Source: Alphaproteobacteria bacterium
GTDB lineage: Bacteria > Pseudomonadota > Alphaproteobacteria > GCA-2731375
Reading direction: 5' to 3'
NCBI GenBank assembly: GCA_965232515.1
Contig: CBDDPY010000002.1
Location: forward strand, 4,288,001 to 4,352,000
Length of the DNA stretch: 64,000 bases
Part shown: positions 18,161 through 28,193 of the stretch, in pieces
Layout of the letters: every line of letters starts with the position of its first letter
Numbering within the stretch: position 1 is the stretch's first letter
Made by a program: the position numbers and the translations under genes
Notes under the pieces: generated by a model
Told to the model about the DNA's origin: nothing
Seen by the model: the letters and a program-made list of their open reading frames with translations, nothing else
The model's database searches: none

Positions 18161-18657
18161 GCCGGCGCTCCGGTGTGGCGGTACATGTGATAGCGGCCCG
18201 GCGCGACACCGTCGGGCAGCGGCAGCGGCGTTAGCGACGGGTCGTCGAGCGGCTGATCGCCGACCACCACGGCACCGTCAGCCAGCAGCGGCACCAAAGC
18301 CGGGCCCAGCCAGGCCGCCAGCTCGGCGGTGGCCTCGCGGTCGCCGCTGCCGATATCGCAATGGGCGAGCGCCGCCGGCGCGCCGATGCGGGCGAGCGCC
18401 GCCGGCACGGTGCCGTGAAAATCGCCGAGCAGCAGATGCTCGTCGTCGGGAATGCAGTCGGGATGCGCCGCGACCTGGCGGTCGAACACGAAGATCTCGC
18501 GGCCGGGCAGGATCTCGCGCAGATGATCGAAGGTGCGGCCGTTGCCGAGGCCGAGCTCCAGCGCCGGACCAGGCAGGTCGCCGATCAGGCGGGCGGCGGC
18601 GTCGAGGCAGTCGCGCTGTGCCGTGACGCGGCGGATGAAGCTGTTCAGGCGGGACAC
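18157..18657 (-). CDS. Small class I SAM-dependent methyltransferase (Methyltransf_17-like)
   Basis: MSRLNSFIRR..AQR, LELGLGNGRTFDHLR, VFDR, HCDIG. Confidence 0.8.
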   Translation of the reverse strand: MSRLNSFIRRVTAQRDCLDAAARLIGDLPGPALELGLGNGRTFDHLREILPGREIFVFDRQVAAHPDCIPDDEHLLLGDFHGTVPAALARIGAPAALAHCDIGSGDREATAELAAWLGPALVPLLADGAVVVGDQPLDDPSLTPLPLPDGVAPGRYHMYRHTGAPA

Positions 18658-18699
18658 GGGAAAAGACGTATGCGGGATCGGACGCTCGGGGCCGGCGGC

Positions 18700-19173
18700 T
18701 CAGCCGGCGCCCTCGGTCGCTTCTTTCAGCTTGCGGTTGGCGTCGGTCAGCTGGTTGTTGGTCATCTCCAGGCGGTGCGCCAGCTCGCGCATGATCTCAA
18801 CCGCCATGGTCGGGAATTCCTGCACCAGCCGGAAGAACAGGTCCTTGGAGATCTTCAGCGTGTCGAGCTTGCTGGTCGCGGTCACCGTCGCCGTGCGCGG
18901 CACGTCGCAGAGGATGGCGATCTCGCCGACGAAGTCGTTCTTACCAATGGTGGCGACGGTGATCGGCCCCCCCGGCGTGTCGATGATCACGTCGGCGTCG
19001 CCGTCGACGATAACATAAGCCGCATCGCCCATATCGCCCTGACGGCAGACATCCTGGCCGGGCCGGAAGGTCAGACGCTCGCTGGTGAAGGCGAGCAGCT
19101 TGAGCTTCGAGGGCTCCATCTTGGCAAAGAGGGGAATCGCCCGTAACAGGTCGACTTCTTCGTTCAGGCTCAT
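18700..19173 (-). CDS. Stand-alone cyclic nucleotide-binding domain protein
   Basis: IPLF, QGDMGD, phosphate-binding cassette FVGEIAILCDVPRTATV; no HTH. Confidence 0.9.
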   Translation of the reverse strand: MSLNEEVDLLRAIPLFAKMEPSKLKLLAFTSERLTFRPGQDVCRQGDMGDAAYVIVDGDADVIIDTPGGPITVATIGKNDFVGEIAILCDVPRTATVTATSKLDTLKISKDLFFRLVQEFPTMAVEIMRELAHRLEMTNNQLTDANRKLKEATEGAG

Positions 19174-19201
19174 GGTCGCCTCCCGGGGGTCATATTATGG
19201 C

Positions 19202-21859
19202 TCATTCGGCATCCAGCAGCTGTGTCAACGTCGAGCCGGGCCTATTAAGCTCGGCAAACGTGCCCTGTTCAACCACCCGTCCGTGCTGCATGACGACGAC
19301 ATGGTCGAAATGTTCGGCCATAGCGGCGCGGTGCACAGCCCAGATCAGCCCCCCCGTTTCGTACGCCTGCAACAACCGTTCGCGGATCCAGGTCTGGCTG
19401 GCCGCATCGAGCGACGCCGTCGCTTCCGACAGGATCAGCACATCGGGCTGCTTGATCGCCGCGCGGGCCAGCGCCAGCTTCTGACGCTGCGCCGACGACA
19501 ACCGCGAGCCGGCGATGCCGGCATGGAAGTCGAGACCGACGGCGGCCACGGTGTCGCGCAGATCCAGTTCCTCGACGACGTCGCGGACCAGTTGCCCGAC
19601 CCGCTGCGCCGCCTGGGCGACGCCGTAAACCTGTTTTCCGAACAGAATGTTGTCCTGCAGATTAGCAGCCGCGTTGTATCTGTCGACATCAAAGAAGGCC
19701 ACGGCGTCGCGCAGCTCTTCCGGCAGGCCGTCGGCAAAGGCCTCGCGCGCTTCCAGGATCTTGGCCTGCATGTCGTCGTCGATCAGACCCAGACGGTGCC
19801 GCGCCGGCTCGAGCTTGAACGGCAGCGACATCAGCCGGGTGCGGTCTTCGGCCGCGAGATCACCGAGATTGTTCCGGTCGGCGCGTTGCAACAGGGACTG
19901 CACCTCCGGCAGCTCGTCGGAGGAGACGAAGCTGAACTGCTGGAACAGCTCGTGATCGGGCGGCAGATCGGCGAACAGCTCGACCATTGTCGCGGCCAGC
20001 TGATAGCCGACCTGAAGGAAGCTCTCGGTGAGGCTGACCTGGTCCAGCACCTTCAACACGTAATCGTTCTCGGCCAGGTGATCCATGTCGAAGGCGTCGC
20101 CGACCGGACTGCCGAACAGCAGGTTCTCGCCGACGGACGCATTGGTGTTGTAGGCGTCGCGGTCGAAAGCCTCGATCAGCTCGCCGACCTCCTCGTCCGC
20201 CGCCAATCGCTCGCGCAACGCCGCGCGGGCGCGCAGAATGGCTTCGGCCAGATCCGGCCGGGCGTCGGGATCGATGGTGCCGCGCAGGCCGAAATTGTAG
20301 ATGTCCTCGGACATACCGACCATCTCGAGGACCCGCAGGGCCGCGGCGCGCAAGGCGGCGGCATCGTCGGCGCCGGCGGCATTGTAATCGATCCAGTCGG
20401 CGTCGAGATCGTGCTCGATATTGCCCGAGCGCTTGGCTTCGACCACATAGCGCTCGCGATCCTGCGCCGCCTCGCCCTGATGATCGGGCGGCTGCAGGGG
20501 CCGGTGCTTCAGGCCGAAGAACAGGTTGTCGGCCAGCGTGCCGGCGAAAATGAAGGCGTTCGGCGCGACATGCGCCATGCGCCGCCCGGTCACCGCCTCC
20601 GGCAACTCGGCGGCGTCGGCGCCGTTGATCTGCAGACTGCCGCGATCCGGATCCAGCAGACGGGCCAGCAGCATGGTGAACTCTTCCTTGGCGCTGCCGG
20701 CCGCGCCGATCACGGCGACGCGCTTGTCGAGCGGGACCTGCACCGACACGCCGTCGATCAACGCCGCGTCCTGGTCGTCGTAGAGCGTCAGGTTGGCCGT
20801 GGCGAGCTGGCCCTCGATGTGGGGTATCGGATCGGGCTCGGCGGTCTGATAGTCGGGTTCACGCGTGCCGGCGGGGTCGAACTGGCTGACCACCTGGTCG
20901 TACTTGATGTGGGCGTCGGCCTGCTGTTGGTAGAAGTTCAGCAGCTCCTTCCACGGCGCCGCCAGATCCTTGTGCGCGGCGATCGCGGCGACCAGCGTGC
21001 CGATCTCGAGCTCGCCCTTGATCGCCAGGTAGCCGCCGATCGAATAGAAGAAGAACGGTCCGAGCTGCTGGATGAAGTTGTTCAGGAACTTGATGACGAA
21101 CTTGAGGACGTAGATCCGGTAACGGACATTGAAAATCCCGTCGAGCTGGCCGGAGAAGTCGGCCAGCACCGGATTGGAGGCGTCGTGGGCGTGGATCTCC
21201 TGCACGCCCTGTACGGTCTCGCCGATCCGGTCCGACAGCCGCCGCACCCGCCGCACGCGCTCTTTGCCGAGCAGGTTGACGCGACGCTGCAGCTTCGGGA
21301 TCAGCCACATCTGCAGCGGATAGAGCATCACCGCGGCCAGCGCCATGCGCCAGTCCTGAATGAACAGGAACGACAGGATGGTCAGCAGGTAGCCGCCCTG
21401 GAACGCCGGCAGCGAGAAGGCATCGCCGATGAAGCCGCCCAGCGGCTCGACCTCGGCCGTGATCATCGGGATGATCTCGCCCTGGCTCATCTTGCGGAAA
21501 GTCGGCAGCGGGAAGCGCAGGACCCGCGCGTAGAGCTCGTAACGCAGGCGCCGCAGCATGCGCTCGCCGGTCAGGCCCTTGTAAACGTTGATGACGTATT
21601 TGAAGCCCTGGTTGATGATCACCAAAACCAGGAACGCGCCGCAGAGCACGAACAGGAAGGTGATCTGGTCGACGCTGGCGAAGCCCCAGAGGTCGTACGG
21701 ATACTCGACGCCCTGGCCCTGAATTGCCTGATTGATGATCATCTTGGGCAATTCGTAGAACATATAGAGGAACGGGAACGACAGGGCCGCCATCGCGGTC
21801 AACGCGATCTGTTGCGGCAGGCTGTACCGCACCACATACTTGTAAACTGAAGGTTCCAT
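19202..21859 (-). CDS. ABC exporter-type TMD-NBD fusion with degenerate, interrupted ATPase domain
   Basis: N-terminal ABC_membrane segments; Walker A GAAGSAKE, signature LSSAQRQK, Walker B ILSEATASLD; long insertion inside the NBD; start could be 21859, 21877 or 21901. Confidence 0.85.
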   Translation of the reverse strand: MEPSVYKYVVRYSLPQQIALTAMAALSFPFLYMFYELPKMIINQAIQGQGVEYPYDLWGFASVDQITFLFVLCGAFLVLVIINQGFKYVINVYKGLTGERMLRRLRYELYARVLRFPLPTFRKMSQGEIIPMITAEVEPLGGFIGDAFSLPAFQGGYLLTILSFLFIQDWRMALAAVMLYPLQMWLIPKLQRRVNLLGKERVRRVRRLSDRIGETVQGVQEIHAHDASNPVLADFSGQLDGIFNVRYRIYVLKFVIKFLNNFIQQLGPFFFYSIGGYLAIKGELEIGTLVAAIAAHKDLAAPWKELLNFYQQQADAHIKYDQVVSQFDPAGTREPDYQTAEPDPIPHIEGQLATANLTLYDDQDAALIDGVSVQVPLDKRVAVIGAAGSAKEEFTMLLARLLDPDRGSLQINGADAAELPEAVTGRRMAHVAPNAFIFAGTLADNLFFGLKHRPLQPPDHQGEAAQDRERYVVEAKRSGNIEHDLDADWIDYNAAGADDAAALRAAALRVLEMVGMSEDIYNFGLRGTIDPDARPDLAEAILRARAALRERLAADEEVGELIEAFDRDAYNTNASVGENLLFGSPVGDAFDMDHLAENDYVLKVLDQVSLTESFLQVGYQLAATMVELFADLPPDHELFQQFSFVSSDELPEVQSLLQRADRNNLGDLAAEDRTRLMSLPFKLEPARHRLGLIDDDMQAKILEAREAFADGLPEELRDAVAFFDVDRYNAAANLQDNILFGKQVYGVAQAAQRVGQLVRDVVEELDLRDTVAAVGLDFHAGIAGSRLSSAQRQKLALARAAIKQPDVLILSEATASLDAASQTWIRERLLQAYETGGLIWAVHRAAMAEHFDHVVVMQHGRVVEQGTFAELNRPGSTLTQLLDAE

Positions 21860-22043
21860 ACTCGGCGCCGCCCCCATGACTTCGCGGCTACCGCGGCCCA
21901 CGCGGTGAGATTAAGTTGACCTCAGAGAATTTCTTTTTCTGGCCGATAGTTAAGATTAAATACCGCAAAGACTTCGATCCAGAAAGAGGTTTTCGCCGAC
22001 AAGCGGGCTATGCCATAGTCCTGCCAGCTTGGGGGCTGCCGGG

Positions 22044-23288
22044 ATGAAGATAGAAAATACAGGTCCGCGAGTCCTGATCTATAGCCACGATACCATGGGG
22101 CTGGGGCATCTGCGCCGGTGTCGGACCATCGCGCACTCGCTGGTCGGGTGCTTTCCGGACATGTCGGTATTGATTCTGTCGGGCTCGCCGATCATCGGCA
22201 GCTTCGACTTTCGCGCGCGGGTCGACTTCGTGCGCATTCCCGGCGTCATCAAGCTGCGCAACGGCGAATACACCTCGCTCAACCTCGGCATCGGCTTCGA
22301 CCAGACGCTGTACATGCGGGCGCAGATCATTCAGCACACGGCCAGCACCTTCGCACCCGATCTGTTCATCGTCGACAAGGAACCGCTCGGCCTGCGCGGT
22401 GAGGTCGCCGACACATTGAAGGTGCTGAAGGCACGCGGCACGCGGCTGGTGCTGGGCCTGCGTGACGTCATGGACGAGCCCCGCAGCCTGGCGCCGGAAT
22501 GGCAACGCAAGAACGTGATGCCGGCGCTGAACAATCTCTACGACGACGTCTGGGTTTATGGCCTGCCGCAGATCTGCGATCCGCTGGAAGGCATCGACGT
22601 GCCGGTCGGCGTGCGCCGCAAGATGGTCTATACCGGTTATCTGCGCCGCAGCGTGCCGGAGGCGCAGCCGACGCGGCCGCTGCCGGAGATCGTCGACCGA
22701 CCCTATATCCTGGTCACCACCGGCGGCGGCGGCGACGGCGACTCGCTGATCGAGTGGGTGCTGCGCGCTTACGAGACCGACCAGCGGATGCTGTATCCGG
22801 CCCTGCTGGTGCTGGGCCCGTTCATGCAGCCGGAACGCCAGGCCGAGTTCATGGCCCGCGCAGGCCGGCTGGCAAACGTCGAGGCCATCACCTTCGACGC
22901 CCAGATGGAACAGCTGGAGGCGAACGCCGTCGGCGTCGTGGCCATGGGCGGCTACAACACTTTTTGTGAGATCCTGAGCCTGGACAAACGGGCGCTGATC
23001 GTGCCGCGCACGGTGCCGCGTCTGGAGCAGCTGATCCGCGCCCGGCGCGGGCAGGAACTGGGCCTGGTGCGCATGCTGGAAGACGACGGCAAGCTGGAGC
23101 CGGAGGTCATGGCCAAGGCGCTGCGCGAGCTGCCCTATCAGAACCGGCCGTCCGACGTCGTCGTACCGGGCCTGCTGGAAGGCCTCGACAACGTCAACAA
23201 GCTGGTGCAGCCCTGGCTCGATGCGACCGCCGCCGACAGCGTCGCCGCCAATGACATCGAAACGGCCTATCCCTATTCGGCCGGCTGA
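22044..23288 (+). CDS. GT-B glycosyltransferase (COG4671/GT28-like)
   Basis: YSHDTMGLGHLRR, VDKEPLGL, LGLRDVMD, TGGGGDG, MGGYNTFCE. Confidence 0.88.
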   Translation: MKIENTGPRVLIYSHDTMGLGHLRRCRTIAHSLVGCFPDMSVLILSGSPIIGSFDFRARVDFVRIPGVIKLRNGEYTSLNLGIGFDQTLYMRAQIIQHTASTFAPDLFIVDKEPLGLRGEVADTLKVLKARGTRLVLGLRDVMDEPRSLAPEWQRKNVMPALNNLYDDVWVYGLPQICDPLEGIDVPVGVRRKMVYTGYLRRSVPEAQPTRPLPEIVDRPYILVTTGGGGDGDSLIEWVLRAYETDQRMLYPALLVLGPFMQPERQAEFMARAGRLANVEAITFDAQMEQLEANAVGVVAMGGYNTFCEILSLDKRALIVPRTVPRLEQLIRARRGQELGLVRMLEDDGKLEPEVMAKALRELPYQNRPSDVVVPGLLEGLDNVNKLVQPWLDATAADSVAANDIETAYPYSAG

Positions 23289-23296
23289 GGGCCGCC

Positions 23297-24556
23297 TTGG
23301 CGATTGCGTTCGTCCTCAAGGGCTATCCCCGGCTTTCGGAGACGTTCATCGCTCAGGAGATGCTGGCGCTGGAACGGCGCGGCCTCGACATCCGCATTGT
23401 TTCGCTGCGGCATCCGACGGACCGTAAGCGTCATCCGATCACCGATCAGATCAAGGCCGGCGTCAACTATCTGCCGGAATACCTCTATCAGGAGCCGCTT
23501 CGGGTCTGGCGGGCCTGGCGCGCGGTGCGGGCCTGGCCGCGCTACGCGCATGCACGCCGGCAATGGCTGGCCGACCTGCGCCGCGATGTCACGCCCAACC
23601 GAGTCCGGCGCTTCGGCCAGGCGCTGGTGCTGGCCCACGAACTGCCGGCCGACGTGACGGCGCTGCACGCGCACTTCCTGCACACGCCGGCCTCCGTCGC
23701 CCGCTACGCGGCCATGCTGACCGGCCTGCCGTGGTCGGGCTCGGCGCACGCCAAGGACATCTGGACGACGCCGGACTGGGAGAAGCGCGAGAAGCTGGCC
23801 GACTGCGGCTGGCTGGTCACCTGCAGCACCGCGGCGGCGGAACACCTGTCGGCGCTGGCGCCCGACGGCAATGCGCACGACACGGTCGCGCTGGTCTATC
23901 ACGGTCTCGATCTCACGCGATTTCCGCCGCGGCCGGACCCGCCATCGGCGCGCGACGGCCGCGATTCGGCCGATCCCGTGCGGCTGCTGTCGGTCGGCCG
24001 CGCCGTTCCGAAGAAAGGCTATGACGACCTGATCGACGCGCTGGCGCGGCTGCCGGCTGACCTGCACTGGCGGCTGACCCATATCGGCGGCGGCCCGGAC
24101 CTCAAGGTCCTGAAACGACGCGCTGAAAGGGCCGGGATCGCCGATCGCATCGACTGGCGCGGGCCACAGCCCCAGGACGCGGTGCTGACCGCCTATCGCG
24201 ACGGCGACTTGTTCGTCCTGGCAAGCCGCATCCACGACGATGGCGACCGCGACGGCCTGCCGAACGTGCTGCTGGAAGCACAGAGCCAAGCATTGGCCTG
24301 CATCGCCAGCAACGTCTCGGCCATTCCCGAAGCGATCGAAGACGGTGTCACCGGCCTGCTGCCGCCGCCGCGCGCGCCGGCCGAGATGGCGGCGGCCATC
24401 GCGGCGCTCGCCGCCGATCCCCAACGCCGCAACGCCATTGGCGCGGCCGGCGCCGCCCGCATCGCCGAGCGCTTCTCGCTGGAGCGCTGCGTCGCGCCCC
24501 TGCTGGCGAAGTTCGGGCTCGAAAACGAGACGCCGGCGGCACGGCGGCGGGCCTGA
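23297..24556 (+). CDS. Glycosyltransferase family 4
   Basis: KGYPRLSETFIAQE, HAHFLH, SAHAKD, VGRAVPKKG, DRDGLPNVLLEA. Confidence 0.92.
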   Translation: MAIAFVLKGYPRLSETFIAQEMLALERRGLDIRIVSLRHPTDRKRHPITDQIKAGVNYLPEYLYQEPLRVWRAWRAVRAWPRYAHARRQWLADLRRDVTPNRVRRFGQALVLAHELPADVTALHAHFLHTPASVARYAAMLTGLPWSGSAHAKDIWTTPDWEKREKLADCGWLVTCSTAAAEHLSALAPDGNAHDTVALVYHGLDLTRFPPRPDPPSARDGRDSADPVRLLSVGRAVPKKGYDDLIDALARLPADLHWRLTHIGGGPDLKVLKRRAERAGIADRIDWRGPQPQDAVLTAYRDGDLFVLASRIHDDGDRDGLPNVLLEAQSQALACIASNVSAIPEAIEDGVTGLLPPPRAPAEMAAAIAALAADPQRRNAIGAAGAARIAERFSLERCVAPLLAKFGLENETPAARRRA

Positions 24557-24566
24557 CCGACGCGCC

Positions 24567-25676
24567 ATGCGCATCGCCTTCTACGCGCCGCTGAAAGCGC
24601 CGACGCACGAAACGCCGTCCGGCGACCGCCGCATGGCGCGGCTGCTGCAGGCGGCGCTTCAAGCCGCCGGTCACGAGGTGACGCTGGCCTCCGACTTCCG
24701 CAGCTTCGACCGCGACGGCGATCCGGCGCGGCAGGCGCGCCTGAAAGACGCGGGCACGGACATCGCCGCCGACCTGATCGCCGACTACAAAACGTCGGCG
24801 ACGCCGCCCGAGGCCTGGTTCACCTATCACCTCTATCACAAGGCGCCGGACTGGCTGGGACCCACCGTGGCCAGGGCACTGGCGATCCCCTATCTGGTCG
24901 CCGAACCGTCATTCGCGCCGAAGCGCGCCGGCGGCCCCTGGGACCTGGGCCATCAAGCCGCGGCAAAAGCGATCGCCGACGCCGATCGGCTGTTCTGCCT
25001 GACGCGGCTGGACATGGCCTGCATCGCGCCGCTGTTGTCGCACCCGGACCGCATGGCCTTCCTGCCGCCGTTCCTGGACGCCGCGCCGTTCGCCGCCGCC
25101 CGGCCCCGACGCGACACGCTGGCCCCACGCTTCGGGCTCGATCCGGACAAACGCTGGCTGCTGGCCGTCGGCATGATGCGGCCGGGCGACAAGTGGCAGT
25201 CGTTCCAGCGCCTGGGCGCGGCGATGACGGAACTCGACGGCGATGGCTGGCAGCTGCTGGTGGTCGGCGACGGCGAGCTGCGCGCCGAGGTGGAAGCGGC
25301 GCTACCGGGCGCCGCGTTCGCCGGCGCGCTGCCGGCGGCCGAACTGGCGGACGTCTATGCCAGTTGCGACCTCTATGTCTGGCCGGCCGTGGGCGAGGCT
25401 TACGGCATGGCCCTGCTGGAAGCGCAGGCGACCGGCCTGCCGGTGGTCGCCGGCAACGAGCGCGGCGTGCCGGACGTGGTCCGGGACGGCGAGACCGGCC
25501 TGCTGACACCGCCGGGCGACATGGCCGCTTTCGCCGACGCCATCGCCGACCTGCTGCGGGACGACGACCGGCGGGCGGCCATGGGCCGGGCGGCCGCGGC
25601 CTTCGTGCGCGACGAGCGCACCGTCGCGGCTGCCGCGGTCCAACTCGATGCCGGCTTACACGCGGTAACGCCATGA
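24567..25676 (+). CDS. Glycosyltransferase family 4
   Basis: MRIAFYAPLK..PSGDRRMAR, YHLYHKAPD, EAYGMALLEA (ExxxxxxxE). Confidence 0.9.
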   Translation: MRIAFYAPLKAPTHETPSGDRRMARLLQAALQAAGHEVTLASDFRSFDRDGDPARQARLKDAGTDIAADLIADYKTSATPPEAWFTYHLYHKAPDWLGPTVARALAIPYLVAEPSFAPKRAGGPWDLGHQAAAKAIADADRLFCLTRLDMACIAPLLSHPDRMAFLPPFLDAAPFAAARPRRDTLAPRFGLDPDKRWLLAVGMMRPGDKWQSFQRLGAAMTELDGDGWQLLVVGDGELRAEVEAALPGAAFAGALPAAELADVYASCDLYVWPAVGEAYGMALLEAQATGLPVVAGNERGVPDVVRDGETGLLTPPGDMAAFADAIADLLRDDDRRAAMGRAAAAFVRDERTVAAAAVQLDAGLHAVTP

Positions 25677-26263
25677 CGCTGCTGGCGTTGCTCCGTCACG
25701 GCCGAACCGCATGGAACGCGGCCGGACGGCTGCAGGGCCGAGAGGACATCGCGCTGAGCCCCGAGGGCCGGGCGGAACTGACAGGTCGGCATCTGCCGGC
25801 GGCGCTGGCGGATGCGCGCTGGCACGTCAGCCCACTGCGCCGCGCGCGCGAGACCGCGGCACTGTTGGGCGGCAGCGACGACGCGATCGAACCCGCCCTG
25901 ATCGAGATGGATTTCGGCGCCTACGAGGGCCGGCGGCTGGCCGACCTCCGGGCCGAGCTGGGCGCGGATCTGGCGCGGAACGAGGCCCGCGGCCTCGACT
26001 TCCTGCCGCCGGGCGGCGAGAGCCCGCGCATGGTCCAGACACGGCTGCGGCCCTGGCTGGCCACCATCGCCGCCGAGGGCGGCCGGCATGTCGCGATCTG
26101 CCACAAAGCAGTGATCCGGGCCATGCTGTCGCTGGCCTACGACTGGCCGATGCTGGACAAGCCACCGGTGAAACTGGACTGGACTTGCCTGCATCTGTTT
26201 ATTCTCGACGCCGATGGCCGCCCGCGGCCGCAACAGATGAACCTGCCGTTGGAGCGCGAATGA
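25673..26263 (+). CDS. Histidine phosphatase (phosphoglycerate mutase family)
   Basis: LLRHGRT, SPLRRARET, EMDFG.YEG, PPGGES, AICHKAV. Confidence 0.9.
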   Translation: MTLLALLRHGRTAWNAAGRLQGREDIALSPEGRAELTGRHLPAALADARWHVSPLRRARETAALLGGSDDAIEPALIEMDFGAYEGRRLADLRAELGADLARNEARGLDFLPPGGESPRMVQTRLRPWLATIAAEGGRHVAICHKAVIRAMLSLAYDWPMLDKPPVKLDWTCLHLFILDADGRPRPQQMNLPLERE

Positions 26264-27423
26264 GCCGCCACCGCGTAATGTTCTACGTCCAGCACCTGCT
26301 GGGCATCGGCCACCAGCGCCGCGGCGCCACCTTGACCCGGGCGATGACGGCGGCCGGCCTTGACGTCGGCTTCGTCTCCGGCGGACACGAGATCCCGAAC
26401 CTGGACCTGGGCGGCGCCCGGCTGATGCAGTTGCCGGCGACGCGGGCCGTCGACCTCTATTTCAAGAAGCTGGTGGACGAGAACGAGCGGCCAATCGACG
26501 ACGACTGGCGCAACCGGCGGCGCGACATCCTGCTGGACTATTGGCGCGACTTCCAACCCGACGTGCTGATCTTCGAGCTGTTTCCGTTCGGCCGCCGCCA
26601 AATGCGCTTCGAGCTGCTGCCGCTGCTGGACGCGGCGCACGCGCTGCCGCGGCGGCCAGCCGTGGTCTGCTCGGTGCGCGACATCCTGGTGGCGCCGCCG
26701 AAGCCCGAGCGCGAGCTGGAGATGCTGGACCGCATCGAGCGTTATTTCGACCATGTGCTGGTGCACGGCGATCCTGATCTGATCCCGTTCGGCCGCACCT
26801 TTCCGCACGCCGACGAGATCGCCGACAAGCTGCATTACACCGGCTATGTGGTCGATTCCTCGGGCCGGCGCGGCGGCCCCGGCGATCCGGGTTGGGAGGA
26901 GGTCGTGGTTTCCGCCGGCGGCGGCGCCGTTGGCAGCCAGCTGCTGCGCGCCGCCATGCAGGCGCGCGCCGACACGCGCCTGAAGAACCGGACCTGGCGG
27001 GTGCTGGTCGGCGTCAAGGTCGAGGCGGACGAATTCGAGGCGATGCGCCGCGACGCGCCCGACGGCGTGATCGTCCAGCGGGCGCGCGGCGATTTCACCA
27101 GCCTGTTGATGAACTGCACGCTGTCAATCAGCCAGGCCGGCTACAACACGGTGATGGAGGCCATGCGGGCCGGTTGCCGCGCCGTTGTTGTGCCCTATGC
27201 CGGCGGCCTGGAGACCGAGCAGACATTGCGCGCGGAGCTGCTGGCCGAGCGCGGCGTGCTGCAGACCGTGCCCGAGAGCGACATCACGCCCGAAAACATC
27301 GCCGCCGCCGTCGAGCGCGCCATGGACGGCGCGCCGGCGAGCGCCGCCGGCATCCGCTGCGATGGGGCCGAGGAATCGGCCCGGCTGGTCGCGGCCTGGG
27401 CGGCGGACGGCACCGGCGCCTGA
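26260..27423 (+). CDS. GT-B glycosyltransferase (COG4671/GT28-like), second paralogue
   Basis: FYVQHLLGIGH, ELFPFGRR, CSVRDIL, VHGDP, SAGGGAVG, SQAGYNT. Confidence 0.88.
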   Translation: MSRHRVMFYVQHLLGIGHQRRGATLTRAMTAAGLDVGFVSGGHEIPNLDLGGARLMQLPATRAVDLYFKKLVDENERPIDDDWRNRRRDILLDYWRDFQPDVLIFELFPFGRRQMRFELLPLLDAAHALPRRPAVVCSVRDILVAPPKPERELEMLDRIERYFDHVLVHGDPDLIPFGRTFPHADEIADKLHYTGYVVDSSGRRGGPGDPGWEEVVVSAGGGAVGSQLLRAAMQARADTRLKNRTWRVLVGVKVEADEFEAMRRDAPDGVIVQRARGDFTSLLMNCTLSISQAGYNTVMEAMRAGCRAVVVPYAGGLETEQTLRAELLAERGVLQTVPESDITPENIAAAVERAMDGAPASAAGIRCDGAEESARLVAAWAADGTGA

Positions 27424-27425
27424 CC

Positions 27426-28193
27426 ATGGCGAGGTGGCGCGATCTCGAGGCCGAACTGGCGGCCTGGGCCGCCGATGGCCGCACGGCCGCATTCTGGTGG
27501 CGCGACGACGATGCCCGCACAGCGACGCCGGCGCTGGACCGGCTGCTGGCCCTCGCCGAAGACGCCGATGTGCCGCTGACGCTCGCCGTGGTACCGGCCG
27601 ACGCCGACCGCGCACTGGTCCGGCGGCTGAACGGCCTCGACCTGGCGGATGTGGCGCCGCACGGCCTGCGGCACGCCAACCACGCGCCGGCCGACCAGAA
27701 AAAGGCCGAATTCGGCGCCCATCGGGCCACAGACCTGATGCTGGCGGAGATTGGCGAGGGCCGGCGGCGGCTGCGCGAGCTGTTCGGCGACCGCGCCCGG
27801 CCGGTATTCGTGCCGCCGTGGAACCGCATCGCGCCCGACCTGGTCGACGGCCTGGCGGCGATCGGATTCACGGGCCTGTCCCGCTTCGGCGCACGCGCTC
27901 GTGCCGCCCCGGCGCCTGGCCTGAGCGAGGGCAATTGCCATATCGATGTCATTAACTGGCGGCAAGGTGGCGGCTTCGTCGGCACCGCGGTCGCGCTGGA
28001 TCAGGTCGTCCGTCATCTGTCGGACCGACGCCTGGGCGCGGCCGACCCGGTGGAGCCGACCGGCCTGATGACGCACCATCTGGCGATGGACGAGGATTGT
28101 TGGGGCTTTACCGCGCAACTGATTGATTTTATTAAGAAGAGTGAGACGGCGTGCTGGTATTCAATGCAACATAACTTCCGCCTTCCGGCATGA
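27426..28193 (+). CDS. Polysaccharide deacetylase (CE4-like) protein
   Basis: FWWRDDD, HGLRHANH, FVPPWNRI, GLMTHH. Confidence 0.82.
   Translation: MARWRDLEAELAAWAADGRTAAFWWRDDDARTATPALDRLLALAEDADVPLTLAVVPADADRALVRRLNGLDLADVAPHGLRHANHAPADQKKAEFGAHRATDLMLAEIGEGRRRLRELFGDRARPVFVPPWNRIAPDLVDGLAAIGFTGLSRFGARARAAPAPGLSEGNCHIDVINWRQGGGFVGTAVALDQVVRHLSDRRLGAADPVEPTGLMTHHLAMDEDCWGFTAQLIDFIKKSETACWYSMQHNFRLPA

Noticed and set aside
19085-21850. 921-aa plus-strand ORF, and similar long antisense or alternate-frame ORFs (e.g. 53502-56231, 30470-32968, 46411-48513, 38493-40508)
   Set aside because: Shadow ORFs overlapping well-supported genes; expected in high-GC DNA; no recognisable motifs
21906-21919. 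TGA-N8-TGA (CenR-like direct repeat) in the divergent GT/ABC promoter region
   Set aside because: Only 6 informative bases; expected by chance, so unsupported without binding data
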